The notes beneath the pieces are model-generated. The model did not search any database, was not told where the DNA came from, and saw nothing but the letters and a program-made list of their open reading frames with translations. This document shows, piece after piece, positions 16,470 through 25,323 of a DNA stretch of 64,000 bases (its first letter is position 1; every line of letters starts with the position of its first letter). The position numbers and the translations under genes are program-made. The DNA lies in the IMG/VR virus record IMGVR_UViG_3300049846_002561, positions 1-64,000 of that record; one strand, given 5' to 3'. The DNA comes from a virus.

Positions 16470-17030
16470 TTACATTTCGATTTCTTTGAGGTTGCCATTT
16501 GCAGTTTTCTCTTCTACCTTTATTCCCAGGGAGAAGAACACGGCATAAGCGATCCTGTGGTTGGGGATGATCAGGCTATACTCCTTGAACGAAAGGTCCT
16601 CATTGCGAATGAGTAGATGCCATACACTTGCCTTCTCCTGATCACGGAATAAAGACACCGAGTCATCGTATCTCGATACGTATACCTTTACTGGGTTGTC
16701 GGAGATTTCCTTTGGGCCTACAGCCTTGAGGAATCCAAACTCCTCGGGAATGAACGGGTCGTCGGAGAGCAGGTGTTCCACCTGGCTGTCAGAGACGATC
16801 AGTGCCTCGGCGTAGTCAAATAGCCTGAAGAGTAGGAAGTCGATCACCTTACCCGCAAAAAGGCGTTGTATGAAGTTTGGCCTCTTGAAGTCCGGGAATG
16901 AAGACTTGTCGCAGTCTATTACTACCTTATTGTCTTTATTGAGAACAACGGCGGGCCTGTTCCTGAAGCGCGTCCGTGACATTACCCCGTCGTAGGGGTA
17001 TCCTTTCGTGATGCTGTAATCTGGTTTCAT
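16470..17030 (-). CDS. Hypothetical protein
   Basis: 186-aa ORF abutting the 17031-17465 gene. Confidence 0.6.
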   Translation of the reverse strand: MKPDYSITKGYPYDGVMSRTRFRNRPAVVLNKDNKVVIDCDKSSFPDFKRPNFIQRLFAGKVIDFLLFRLFDYAEALIVSDSQVEHLLSDDPFIPEEFGFLKAVGPKEISDNPVKVYVSRYDDSVSLFRDQEKASVWHLLIRNEDLSFKEYSLIIPNHRIAYAVFFSLGIKVEEKTANGNLKEIEM

Positions 17031-17465
17031 TTAGTTTAATGGAGTTACATTTTTAAATAGGCAGTTCAACACCGCGTCGTCCCAATCGGTAAACTCATAC
17101 CCCTCTCTGAAAAATACGCACGACACGTATTCGGTTGTGGTGTTAAAGTCGGCGCGGATCATGCCTTTGTACTTTATCCTGTCCGGCATTGGCTCGTTGA
17201 TGGAGCGATCATCGAGGAGGCGCATCTCCCGGTAAAAGTTCATCATCTTTGAATTGAAAACAGAGTACGGCACGCGTAGGTATGCCACCCTGTCCACAAG
17301 ATACACGCAGGTGCGGAACACTTTATCTTTAAAGCCCTCTCTTTCGTTGTCGCACTCTCCGTAACTACGGACATCAAATAGGTTTATGGTATACGTGTTT
17401 GAGGACAGCGCCCCCAATTCGTTCATCCACTCTTCTTTTACTACGTATGGCCGGAAGGGATTCAT
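17031..17465 (-). CDS. Hypothetical protein
   Basis: 144-aa ORF with a TAATTTTA box 6 nt upstream. Confidence 0.6.
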   Translation of the reverse strand: MNPFRPYVVKEEWMNELGALSSNTYTINLFDVRSYGECDNEREGFKDKVFRTCVYLVDRVAYLRVPYSVFNSKMMNFYREMRLLDDRSINEPMPDRIKYKGMIRADFNTTTEYVSCVFFREGYEFTDWDDAVLNCLFKNVTPLN

Positions 17466-17559
17466 GATTTGTAAAATTAAAAAAAGGGACGGTACATACC
17501 AAACAGTGTTGATATCTCATAGCCCCTTCTTTTTATGCCCCCCGCTTAACGGGAAACAA

Positions 17560-17832
17560 TTACGCTACAGCAGTTGACGCTGTTGAGGTGTAGTTCGTGA
17601 AGCTCGTATCGCGAAGGTTGGCCGTCGCAAACGGGATCTCGATTCTCCTCAGAGCAGCGTTCGCGGCATCCTTAATGGTAAACACGATCAAGAACTTTGC
17701 AGTGCTTGACGGGCCATTTACGTTTGCCGGAAGATCGATTTTCTCTGCTGTGATCACATCTTCAACGGGAACCTTGATGGTTGGTTTCAAGGAGTTAGTG
17801 AAGTGGACCATTGGTTTTGAAATGCCTGACAT
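17560..17832 (-). CDS. Hypothetical protein, possibly a small structural protein
   Basis: 90-aa ORF with its own TATATTTG promoter (17869-17862) and an A-rich leader. Confidence 0.6.
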   Translation of the reverse strand: MSGISKPMVHFTNSLKPTIKVPVEDVITAEKIDLPANVNGPSSTAKFLIVFTIKDAANAALRRIEIPFATANLRDTSFTNYTSTASTAVA

Positions 17833-17882
17833 GGTGTTTTGTTTTTTGAGATTAAGATTTACAAATATACAAATTTTTAATT

Positions 17883-17908
17883 AAAAAAGCCCCGAAGGGC
17901 TCTTTTTT
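17883..17908 (-). terminator. Rho-independent terminator closing the tmRNA coding piece
   Basis: Minus strand GAGCCC-TTCG-GGGCTT followed by a T-run; A/T runs on both sides. Confidence 0.8.
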
Positions 17909-18036
17909 AGGCTGCAAGTTTTGCAGTGTGACTAGCGCCTTCCTGGAAGAGGCTGATCACCTTTGTTTTTTTGTCGTTTAGTACTTCCCGAAGATATCTC
18001 TTCTTCTCGGCTCACTGATCAAAACCGGTCGGACCC
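17884..18036 (-). ncRNA. ssrA: tmRNA coding piece (5' half of the tRNA-like domain plus tag reading frame)
   Basis: Starts GGGTCCGACCGGTTTTGA; TAAAC precedes resume codon GAC (17975); tag (A)DKKTKVISLFQEGASHTAKLAA with stop at 17909-17907. Confidence 0.85.
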
Positions 18037-18215
18037 ATGTCGGAACAGTGCTCTCAGCCAGGGCGCTTTGAACCGTTGGCCAATGGAAGATGTTCCGTTT
18101 GTTCGGCGAAGAACATTTCTTTAGTTGCCTTTCCGGCAGGACTGTCCTGCATCTCTTTGTTATCAGTCCTTCTTCAACTATCATGACAACAACCGCTTTA
18201 ATTAAGCTACGGTAG

Positions 18216-18258
18216 GGTGGATCCGGAGGGATTCGAACCCTCGTCTCAATGAACGGCG
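18216..18258 (-). ncRNA. ssrA: tmRNA acceptor piece of a circularly permuted two-piece tmRNA
   Basis: GTTCATTGA-GAC-GAGGG-TTCGAAT-CCCTC-CGGATCC-ACC; pairs with GGGTCCG to give a G3.U Ala identity pair; lies upstream of the coding piece. Confidence 0.85.
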
Positions 18259-18276
18259 ATAAAGGTAATAAAAAAA

Positions 18277-18308
18277 TTTGGTGGTTCGGAAAATAGTGCC
18301 TAATTTTG
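18277..18308 (+). promoter_or_regulatory. Bacteroidota promoter, divergent from the tmRNA
   Basis: TTTG (18277-18280), 20 nt, TAATTTTG (18301-18308). Confidence 0.7.
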
Positions 18309-18311
18309 TGT

Positions 18312-18429
18312 CAATCTTTGCTGCCGTAAACAGGAAGGAGGTTTGAAAGACATTATGCTTTTTGCTGGTAGAAAGCAAAAAAGCTAAAAACAAACCCTCT
18401 GATTTTACGGGTCAGAGGGTTTTGTTTTT
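18312..18429 (+). ncRNA. Candidate ~115-nt small RNA with intrinsic terminator
   Basis: Lies between the promoter and a strong hairpin (18386-18402 with 18412-18429); internal hairpin 18357-18384; no convincing ORF. Confidence 0.45.
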
Positions 18430-18732
18430 GTGGGCGGGACAACCATTTGCGCAAAAATTAATAAGTGTTACAAAGAGGATCGACCAAAGCACAATCATCG
18501 CCACGGAAGGAGAGAGATGAGGTCGAATCACGATGGAGTGATTAAGTTGTCTCCGACTACAGAGTTCCATTGACACCTGTAGGCACTCGAAAGTCCCCGA
18601 CAACTCAAGGATTTCGATGCAAGTGCAAGCCCCTTCTGGGTAAGGGGCCCACTATGCACTCTCAAGAGCCCCTCCAATCTAAGGATTTCGGAAAGTAGTA
18701 CATTCAAGGCGGATTTTTTTTATATTTGCATC

Positions 18733-18996
18733 GTGTCAGTTATTCGAAAGCTAAGGGCGATAGTGTCGGCATATAAAAACTACGCTTTCCCCAACGAAGA
18801 AATTGAACAGATGGCCATTGGAAGAGCAAAGATCTGCGCAAAGTGCGATCACGCAAACCCAGACCATCCATTCAAATTATTGCTTGACGATAACAGAACA
18901 AAGGACATAAAGGGGTTGGGCTGCGATATCTGTCACTGCCCAATATCAGCCAAGATAAGGCAGATATACACCGGTTGTCCGGAAAAGAAATGGTAA
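18733..18996 (+). CDS. Small Cys-rich Zn-binding phage protein
   Basis: CAKC...CDICHC...CPEKKW; TATATTTG at 18721-18728. Confidence 0.7.
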   Translation: MSVIRKLRAIVSAYKNYAFPNEEIEQMAIGRAKICAKCDHANPDHPFKLLLDDNRTKDIKGLGCDICHCPISAKIRQIYTGCPEKKW

Positions 18997-19029
18997 AAAC
19001 TTATAAACAAATTATAAACACAAAACAAA

Positions 19030-19599
19030 ATGGGAAAAAAAACAGCATCACAGATACTAAGGGACTGCGAGGAAAGAGCAAAATTCCTTGATAAGCTCGC
19101 TCAAACAGTAAACACCTTCATCTCTCCAAAAAATGGAGACCGCTTTGACTACGCGACAAAAGACTCCATCAACGATGAGGTGGTAAGTGCCATAAACAAC
19201 CTCAAGACCATCGAAGAAGAGCTCATGGGTAGACTCGGACTGAGCTACACCAACACCCCCTACACTCGCTTCGACTACATCGTGAAGTCACCGGGAAGAC
19301 AGTTCAATACTCTAACAGAGATCCAGTCATACTACTCACCACTCATTGCCAGAATGCGCATGAGCATGGAAGAGGAGAATGCCGTTGATGGCTTCATCAA
19401 TGACGGACTCGGGCAGGGAACAAATGAGGTGGTGCCACCATCCACAAACCCACGCCCCGTTGGTAGCGGAAGCCGCGAGATCACAGACAAAGCCGATGCC
19501 ATGGGCGGCACCAACTGGGCAGATGCCGAGGCAGCCATCATCGCCTCCCTGGACACCATCAACTCAGCACTAATGGGTGACATTCCAAACATCAGCTAA
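19030..19599 (+). CDS. Hypothetical protein, paralog of the next gene
   Basis: LKTIEEELMGRLGLSYTNTPY block shared with 19599-20075. Confidence 0.65.
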   Translation: MGKKTASQILRDCEERAKFLDKLAQTVNTFISPKNGDRFDYATKDSINDEVVSAINNLKTIEEELMGRLGLSYTNTPYTRFDYIVKSPGRQFNTLTEIQSYYSPLIARMRMSMEEENAVDGFINDGLGQGTNEVVPPSTNPRPVGSGSREITDKADAMGGTNWADAEAAIIASLDTINSALMGDIPNIS

Positions 19600-20075
19600 T
19601 GAAAAAGACAGTAGACCAACTACTTCTCCTGTCAAGGGAATGGCAGCTCGCCATAGACTCAATGCTCCACTCCGCCGTAGAGCAGGAAATGGATCCTACA
19701 ACCAAGGATGCCCTATTCGTAAGCGGAGCGGATGCTGTAAATGCCCTTCGATCAATAGAAGAACAGATTCATATAGCCCTTGGGTATTCATACACAAGGA
19801 GCACCTATGATCCAACTATCTCTTTCGAGAAAAGGGTAGGCCTACCGCAGATCGAGCACGCAGGAGATGTAAAAGAGTACTACATCGAAAGGATGAACGA
19901 AATACTCGACGCCATAACCGATGAGATCGCTAACGACTCATACCTCGGCGATGCCGCGCACGCAAACCAGCGATTCGAGAAAAATCCAACCCACACCTCA
20001 AAGGAAGGGGATTTTCAGACGGCTATATCTGACATCATCTCAACCCTCGAGGCAGACGTAGTAGATAACTCCTGA
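19599..20075 (+). CDS. Hypothetical protein, paralog of the previous gene
   Basis: LRSIEEQIHIALGYSYTRSTY; TAATG coupling. Confidence 0.65.
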   Translation: MKKTVDQLLLLSREWQLAIDSMLHSAVEQEMDPTTKDALFVSGADAVNALRSIEEQIHIALGYSYTRSTYDPTISFEKRVGLPQIEHAGDVKEYYIERMNEILDAITDEIANDSYLGDAAHANQRFEKNPTHTSKEGDFQTAISDIISTLEADVVDNS

Positions 20076-20104
20076 GCGGAAACGAAAATATAGAAAAGCG
20101 CAAG

Positions 20105-22441
20105 GTGGTCCGTGAGAACCACCTTGACTTTTTATTTGAGTTATATTCACAGGGAGTAGAGCTCACACTCGAGCAAAAAGCACAGCTATACGAAAGTAAG
20201 CGTATAGCCGAGAATCCAATAAAAAGAAACGAGAACGATCTACCGGACAACATCTCCGAAAAGAAACTCCTTTCCAAGGAGGCCCTTGCAATAGATCAGA
20301 ACGTTGACATCGTAACAGAGGCCGGGCCACTGGTAATAGCAGACGACGACCTAGAAGAAAGAAGGAAGAAAGGTAAGTACATATTCGAGGGAAGGAAGTT
20401 CGATATCACCAAAGACGAGTGGATGCCCAAGTCCACGATCGACCACGAGCCCGACTTTGTAAGGTGGGTGGACTCTATACTCGATATGGGATTCGAAAAC
20501 AGAGTAAACTACAGAAAAATAAACCTATACGTTCAACAGGCATATACCTGGCTAGCTCAAAAAGACACCTACCTCGACTTCCCAAATGCAGAGGAAAGGA
20601 AAGAGTTCATGCTCGAAGAAACGCGTAGGTGCGACGAAAACACGCTTTACTTCCTCAATAAATACGTTTACTACCAAGAGGGAGACGCCGACACCGGAAA
20701 GTTCAAGTACACCGCATCCCCAGCACACGAGGTAATGGCATACCTCAACGACTGCGGTTACTCAGCGTGCTACGTAAAGGGACGTCAGATAGCGGCAACA
20801 ACAACCCTCATGGCGTGCGACGTTAAAGACATGATATTCAAGAAGAACCACTTCATGAAGTTCATAACCGAAGATCAGGAAAAGGCAGAGGAGATCTTCG
20901 AAGATAAACTCAAGTACTGCTTCTCCCAGCTGCCAGACTGGATGAAGCCCGACGTACAGAACGAAAGGGACAACTACTTCAAGCTAGGTAAAAAAGAGGG
21001 TAAAGGAAACCGAAACGGAGTGAACTCCAGGATACGCGTAGTGCCGCCAAAGAAAACAGCGATCGCCGGTGGAGCGCCACAGAAAGTAAAGATAGACGAG
21101 GCCGGAAACATAGGACTTCTGACCGTAATGATCAACAATGCACGTCCAACGATGTTCATGTATGACCCCGCAACAAAATCAATGAAGATGAAGCGTCAGC
21201 TCATTTTCTGGGGGACAGGGGGCGAGATGGAAAAAGGAGGAATGGCATTCCAGGTGGAGTTCATGTCACTGCTAAAGCAATGGAAGGAGCGTAACTTCAA
21301 GTCAGGCATTATCCCTATCTTCTTTAACTGGACGTGTCGCCCGGGAGCTACGCAGGAGCTGTACGACGCTGAGAAATCCGTGGCCTACTCAAAGGAAGGG
21401 CCAGACCTCAAAAAGTCAATAATAGAGTTCCACCAATCATGGCCAAAGTCACTGGCCGATGTATTCATGACCTCAGAGAAAACACTCGTGAGCCACGAAT
21501 ACATAGAAAAGCAGATAAGCAGGATAAAAGCAGCAAACGTAAAGTTCAAGCATAAGCTCGTTGAACGAGGGTTCTTTGAGCCGATATATGACTTTACATC
21601 ACCGGCACCAGAGGCCTCCGACGTTCCATATAAGATCATAGGAGCCAACTTCGTGCCTTGTGACTCCATAGACCCAAGGGCCTCAGTGGTTATCTTCTCT
21701 CATCCAAAGAGAGGGTGGGAGCACCGCTACTTCCAGGGAACCGACCCTATATCAACAGACACCGGGCTCTCAAACTTCTCAAGCGCCGTTTGGGACAAGC
21801 ACTTCAAGACATTCGCTGCAATGCTCGACTTTAGGACAAAGGACTACAGAGCCACATTCCTTCAATCCGTACTGCTCGGGCTTTACTACGATACCAGGCC
21901 AAACCCAAGGGGTATAAAGGAACTCGTGGAGGCAAACATCGGTCAGTCTTACACCCAGTACAAGGAAAATAAAGGCTTTGGAGACTCATTGGTGCTCAAC
22001 TACGAGCTACCTCCATACCTACAAAACAAAACGACCATAAATGAAGGTATTGGCATAGACAACAAAGGAGCAAGGAATACCGTGATCGTAAATAGACTTC
22101 ACGAGCTGATTCAGGCATACGGCGACAATCTATTTATAGAGATATTCTGGGAGCAGCTAAAAACATTCGTGTGTGAGGTAACCGACGGAGGTAAAGAGTC
22201 CTGGGGGCCATCCAACAGAAAGTTCTTCCGAGATGACACCCTTTTTGGAGGAAATTATTCTTATATTTGTGCTGAGCTGTGCTACCCTGAACTAAACCCG
22301 GTAGACAACGAAACAACAAACAAAAAGACAGAAATCGTTAAGTACGAGCTGACCTACGACGAGAACTATAACCTCGTAAGAATGCCAGTGAGATACATAA
22401 ATGGAAAACGTGCAAATACTTTTCAAGCCAAAAGAAGGTAA
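20105..22441 (+). CDS. terL: Terminase large subunit
   Basis: KGRQIAATT (Walker A), KIDEAG (Walker B), WGTGG coupling motif, GTDPI nuclease, late DD; located before the portal. Confidence 0.85.
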   Translation: MVRENHLDFLFELYSQGVELTLEQKAQLYESKRIAENPIKRNENDLPDNISEKKLLSKEALAIDQNVDIVTEAGPLVIADDDLEERRKKGKYIFEGRKFDITKDEWMPKSTIDHEPDFVRWVDSILDMGFENRVNYRKINLYVQQAYTWLAQKDTYLDFPNAEERKEFMLEETRRCDENTLYFLNKYVYYQEGDADTGKFKYTASPAHEVMAYLNDCGYSACYVKGRQIAATTTLMACDVKDMIFKKNHFMKFITEDQEKAEEIFEDKLKYCFSQLPDWMKPDVQNERDNYFKLGKKEGKGNRNGVNSRIRVVPPKKTAIAGGAPQKVKIDEAGNIGLLTVMINNARPTMFMYDPATKSMKMKRQLIFWGTGGEMEKGGMAFQVEFMSLLKQWKERNFKSGIIPIFFNWTCRPGATQELYDAEKSVAYSKEGPDLKKSIIEFHQSWPKSLADVFMTSEKTLVSHEYIEKQISRIKAANVKFKHKLVERGFFEPIYDFTSPAPEASDVPYKIIGANFVPCDSIDPRASVVIFSHPKRGWEHRYFQGTDPISTDTGLSNFSSAVWDKHFKTFAAMLDFRTKDYRATFLQSVLLGLYYDTRPNPRGIKELVEANIGQSYTQYKENKGFGDSLVLNYELPPYLQNKTTINEGIGIDNKGARNTVIVNRLHELIQAYGDNLFIEIFWEQLKTFVCEVTDGGKESWGPSNRKFFRDDTLFGGNYSYICAELCYPELNPVDNETTNKKTEIVKYELTYDENYNLVRMPVRYINGKRANTFQAKRR

Positions 22442-22988
22442 GCTAAAGCAGATGTACCCTGAGCTTAACTCCAACAAGAAGTTCAAGGATCTGTCCGGGG
22501 AAGAACTTCTTTTTGTTTGGTACTATGCATGTAAGTCCAGTCCCATAGACCCTTCATTGCCAGATGCTTTAAGGGCAAATACTGCCGCCGCAGAATCAAT
22601 AAAAAGGGACAAAGCCAAAAGAGAGAAGTTCTCAAACCTAGATTTCCCCGAGCGCATAAAAGAGGCTATAGAGGAAATGGAGAAGTACAATCCAGACGTC
22701 AGGATGGTAGCTAAAAGGATCATTCAGAACAGCTTCAACATGCTCGAAAAAATGTCAAACACCTCGATCGATCAGTTTGAAACAGTTGAAGACGACGGCA
22801 AGGGGAACTCCATAAAAAAAATAGACTGGTCCGGAAGGAAACAGTTCGTTGATACCGTAGCGAAAATAGCAGACACCATGCCCGCTCTGATCGCTCAAAT
22901 GGAACAGGGATATGGCATTGTTGACGAAAAGGGAGAAAACGCATCAGAAAAAATTATTGACATATACCACTCAAGAAAAGAAGAATGA
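22401..22988 (+). CDS. Hypothetical packaging-associated protein
   Basis: 195-aa helical ORF between terL and portal. Confidence 0.6.
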   Translation: MENVQILFKPKEGKLKQMYPELNSNKKFKDLSGEELLFVWYYACKSSPIDPSLPDALRANTAAAESIKRDKAKREKFSNLDFPERIKEAIEEMEKYNPDVRMVAKRIIQNSFNMLEKMSNTSIDQFETVEDDGKGNSIKKIDWSGRKQFVDTVAKIADTMPALIAQMEQGYGIVDEKGENASEKIIDIYHSRKEE

Positions 22989-25258
22989 TATTTTTAATAG
23001 ACACCTCAGAGTCCAGGCCAGACATGCTGGAAGGATCCAAAGATGAAAAGTATCATCTTTCAATGGCAAGGTACGCCGTTGGGCAAGCAAACACCCAGAA
23101 ACACCTGGAATTTGTGTCAAACATTGAGAGGAACAGACGCTTCTACGCCGGAGATCAATGGTACCTTCAGGAAGACACCGAGACTTTTTTTAAAGACGAG
23201 AACAACCAAGAAAGGAACAGGATAAAGGTTATAAACAATACCATCCGTCCAATGGTTGAGAACTACAGGGGTAACGCCATAAGGATGCAAATAAACGCCA
23301 ACGCAAAAAGCATCTCACCACTGGCTATATCTAGAAGGCAAAAGATCCTCTCAAAGATGCTTTTCTTCACAGACATAGCAAACGAAGAAGGCAACCCATT
23401 TAAGCAAGATCTCCAAAAAAGACTGCCCATAGGTAATAGTCAATCTGAAACTGAAGACACTTTTAATAATCTTTATACCGACAGGTATGTAGAAACGATC
23501 AACGACCTTCTGTCGTTTGTTTCAGATAAAAATAAATTTCAGTCAAGGCAGGTGCGAGCAGCCGAAGACCTGGCTTTATGTGGCCTTGCGGTAATGAAAG
23601 ATTTTGAATCAGGAGGGCACCAATACTTTGACCTCGTTCCGCCAGAGCACTTTATATGGGATCGATCGTGCAAGGAAAGCGACCTTTCAGATTCTGAGTT
23701 CATGGGAGAGCTCAAGTACATGACCCTTTCTGATATAAATGAAGAGGCGCCTAATTTAACGGCGGATGAAAGGAAATCTATACAAGCGTACATCGCTTCA
23801 GGTTCAAACACAAATGCCAATGGAAGCACCCTTGAGGCCGGCGTAGAAACGAAATATACATACGGCGGAAGGTGCCCCGTTTTCTACATGGTATGGAAGG
23901 ATACAGAGAAGCATGAATATGGATACGTGAAGGATCCGTTTGGATATCCATACTTTACAAGGATAAATCACAAAGAGGACTGGGAAGATGCGCCTAAATA
24001 CACCGACAAGGACCTTATTGAAGTTGACTCCGTAAGGTCAAGGAGATTACTGAAGGGTAAACTCAAGGCCTCCGTGTACACAGACGTAATAAGATACTGC
24101 AACTTTATTCCAAGGGAAGTTCTTTTAAGCCCAACGAATGCCGACAAAGAAAAGATTCACGACGTAATACTAGAGTGGGGACTCCTTCCTTATCAGGAAA
24201 CAGAAAACCTTGATGTTAGCAACGTCAACTATCCATACAAATGCTGCACGTGGGCATACGTGGATGGACAGGTGCTATCGCCCGTTGATGACGCCATAAG
24301 CCCTCAGAGGATGATAAATAGGGTTCTATCTGTTGCCGAAAATCAAATCAATAACTCACGGGGATCGGGAACGTTCTACGACAAGTCAATGGTAGATCCG
24401 CAGGATGGAGAGGCAGAGATGCTGAGGAACATGAACCAGTCTAAACCGGTTGGAATAAACGCAAAGGGAAGGGGCATCCAAAACGCCGTTAGCCAATACG
24501 ATACAACGGTAAAGAACGGAACAATGACGCTCTTTAACATCGTTTCACTGATGTCTGACTACACCCAAAAGATGACAGGCATAAACGAGGCTATCAAAGG
24601 AGAGTCTACTGGCTCAGACCAGCTTGTGGGCGTTACCCAGCTAATGATCCAAAGGGGATCTTTAATGCAAGAACCGTTCTATAACGCGATCACGAGCCTA
24701 TACCTTCAGTGTTATCAGTCAATAGCCTCTAGGGGCGTGAAAATATATGCCGACAACGAAAGGGAACTCACCATTGCCGTTGGAGACGTGGGGGCTAAGA
24801 TTGTAAACATAACAAAAGACATGAAGCTCGAAGACTTCAGGGTCTTTGTGAAGAGAGATAATCCAGACGATGTACTCGTTCAATCAGGAAATCAAATGCT
24901 TACCTTCTTGCTACAAATGCAACTCATAAACAATGAGGACTTCGCTCTTATGTATGGAAGGTTCACCCCAGACATGATCACCGCGTCACTCAGAAAGAAA
25001 GCCCTGGAGAACAAAGAGCTAGGAAAGATGCAAGCCCAACAGGAACAGCAGCAGTCCGAAGCCGCAATGATGGAAGCTCAAAAGGCACAGGCTCAGCAAG
25101 AGATGATGTACAACGAGGCCGTGGCAAGGGACGACATCAAAGACCTACAAAACAAAAAGCACGAAGAGAGATTGCAGGCCATGAAAAATCTAGGCTCTAT
25201 TGCCAAGAACAGTCCAATGGCCCAAAGAAAAATACTGGAAGACTCAAAAAATTTGTAG
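22985..25258 (+). CDS. Portal protein
   Basis: 757 aa; FYAGDQW and INNTIRPMV (P22/crAss-like portal N-terminus), MTGINEA..G, Q-rich helical C-terminus; position. Confidence 0.8.
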   Translation: MIFLIDTSESRPDMLEGSKDEKYHLSMARYAVGQANTQKHLEFVSNIERNRRFYAGDQWYLQEDTETFFKDENNQERNRIKVINNTIRPMVENYRGNAIRMQINANAKSISPLAISRRQKILSKMLFFTDIANEEGNPFKQDLQKRLPIGNSQSETEDTFNNLYTDRYVETINDLLSFVSDKNKFQSRQVRAAEDLALCGLAVMKDFESGGHQYFDLVPPEHFIWDRSCKESDLSDSEFMGELKYMTLSDINEEAPNLTADERKSIQAYIASGSNTNANGSTLEAGVETKYTYGGRCPVFYMVWKDTEKHEYGYVKDPFGYPYFTRINHKEDWEDAPKYTDKDLIEVDSVRSRRLLKGKLKASVYTDVIRYCNFIPREVLLSPTNADKEKIHDVILEWGLLPYQETENLDVSNVNYPYKCCTWAYVDGQVLSPVDDAISPQRMINRVLSVAENQINNSRGSGTFYDKSMVDPQDGEAEMLRNMNQSKPVGINAKGRGIQNAVSQYDTTVKNGTMTLFNIVSLMSDYTQKMTGINEAIKGESTGSDQLVGVTQLMIQRGSLMQEPFYNAITSLYLQCYQSIASRGVKIYADNERELTIAVGDVGAKIVNITKDMKLEDFRVFVKRDNPDDVLVQSGNQMLTFLLQMQLINNEDFALMYGRFTPDMITASLRKKALENKELGKMQAQQEQQQSEAAMMEAQKAQAQQEMMYNEAVARDDIKDLQNKKHEERLQAMKNLGSIAKNSPMAQRKILEDSKNL

Positions 25259-25283
25259 GAAATGTCGGAAATTCATATATTTG
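25252..25283 (+). promoter_or_regulatory. Bacteroidota promoter for the scaffold/capsid genes
   Basis: TTTG (25252-25255), 20 nt, TATATTTG (25276-25283). Confidence 0.75.
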
Positions 25284-25323
25284 CGTCAGTTCTTTTTAAT
25301 TAGTCTAAATAAAAATACGAAAA

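Noticed and set aside
17978-18184. 68-aa minus-strand ORF
   Set aside because: It overlaps the tmRNA coding piece and spacer and has no protein-like features.
18216-18245. Standalone tRNA gene
   Set aside because: Only a T-arm and 3' acceptor strand are present; the partner strand is at 18036-18030, which fits a permuted tmRNA.
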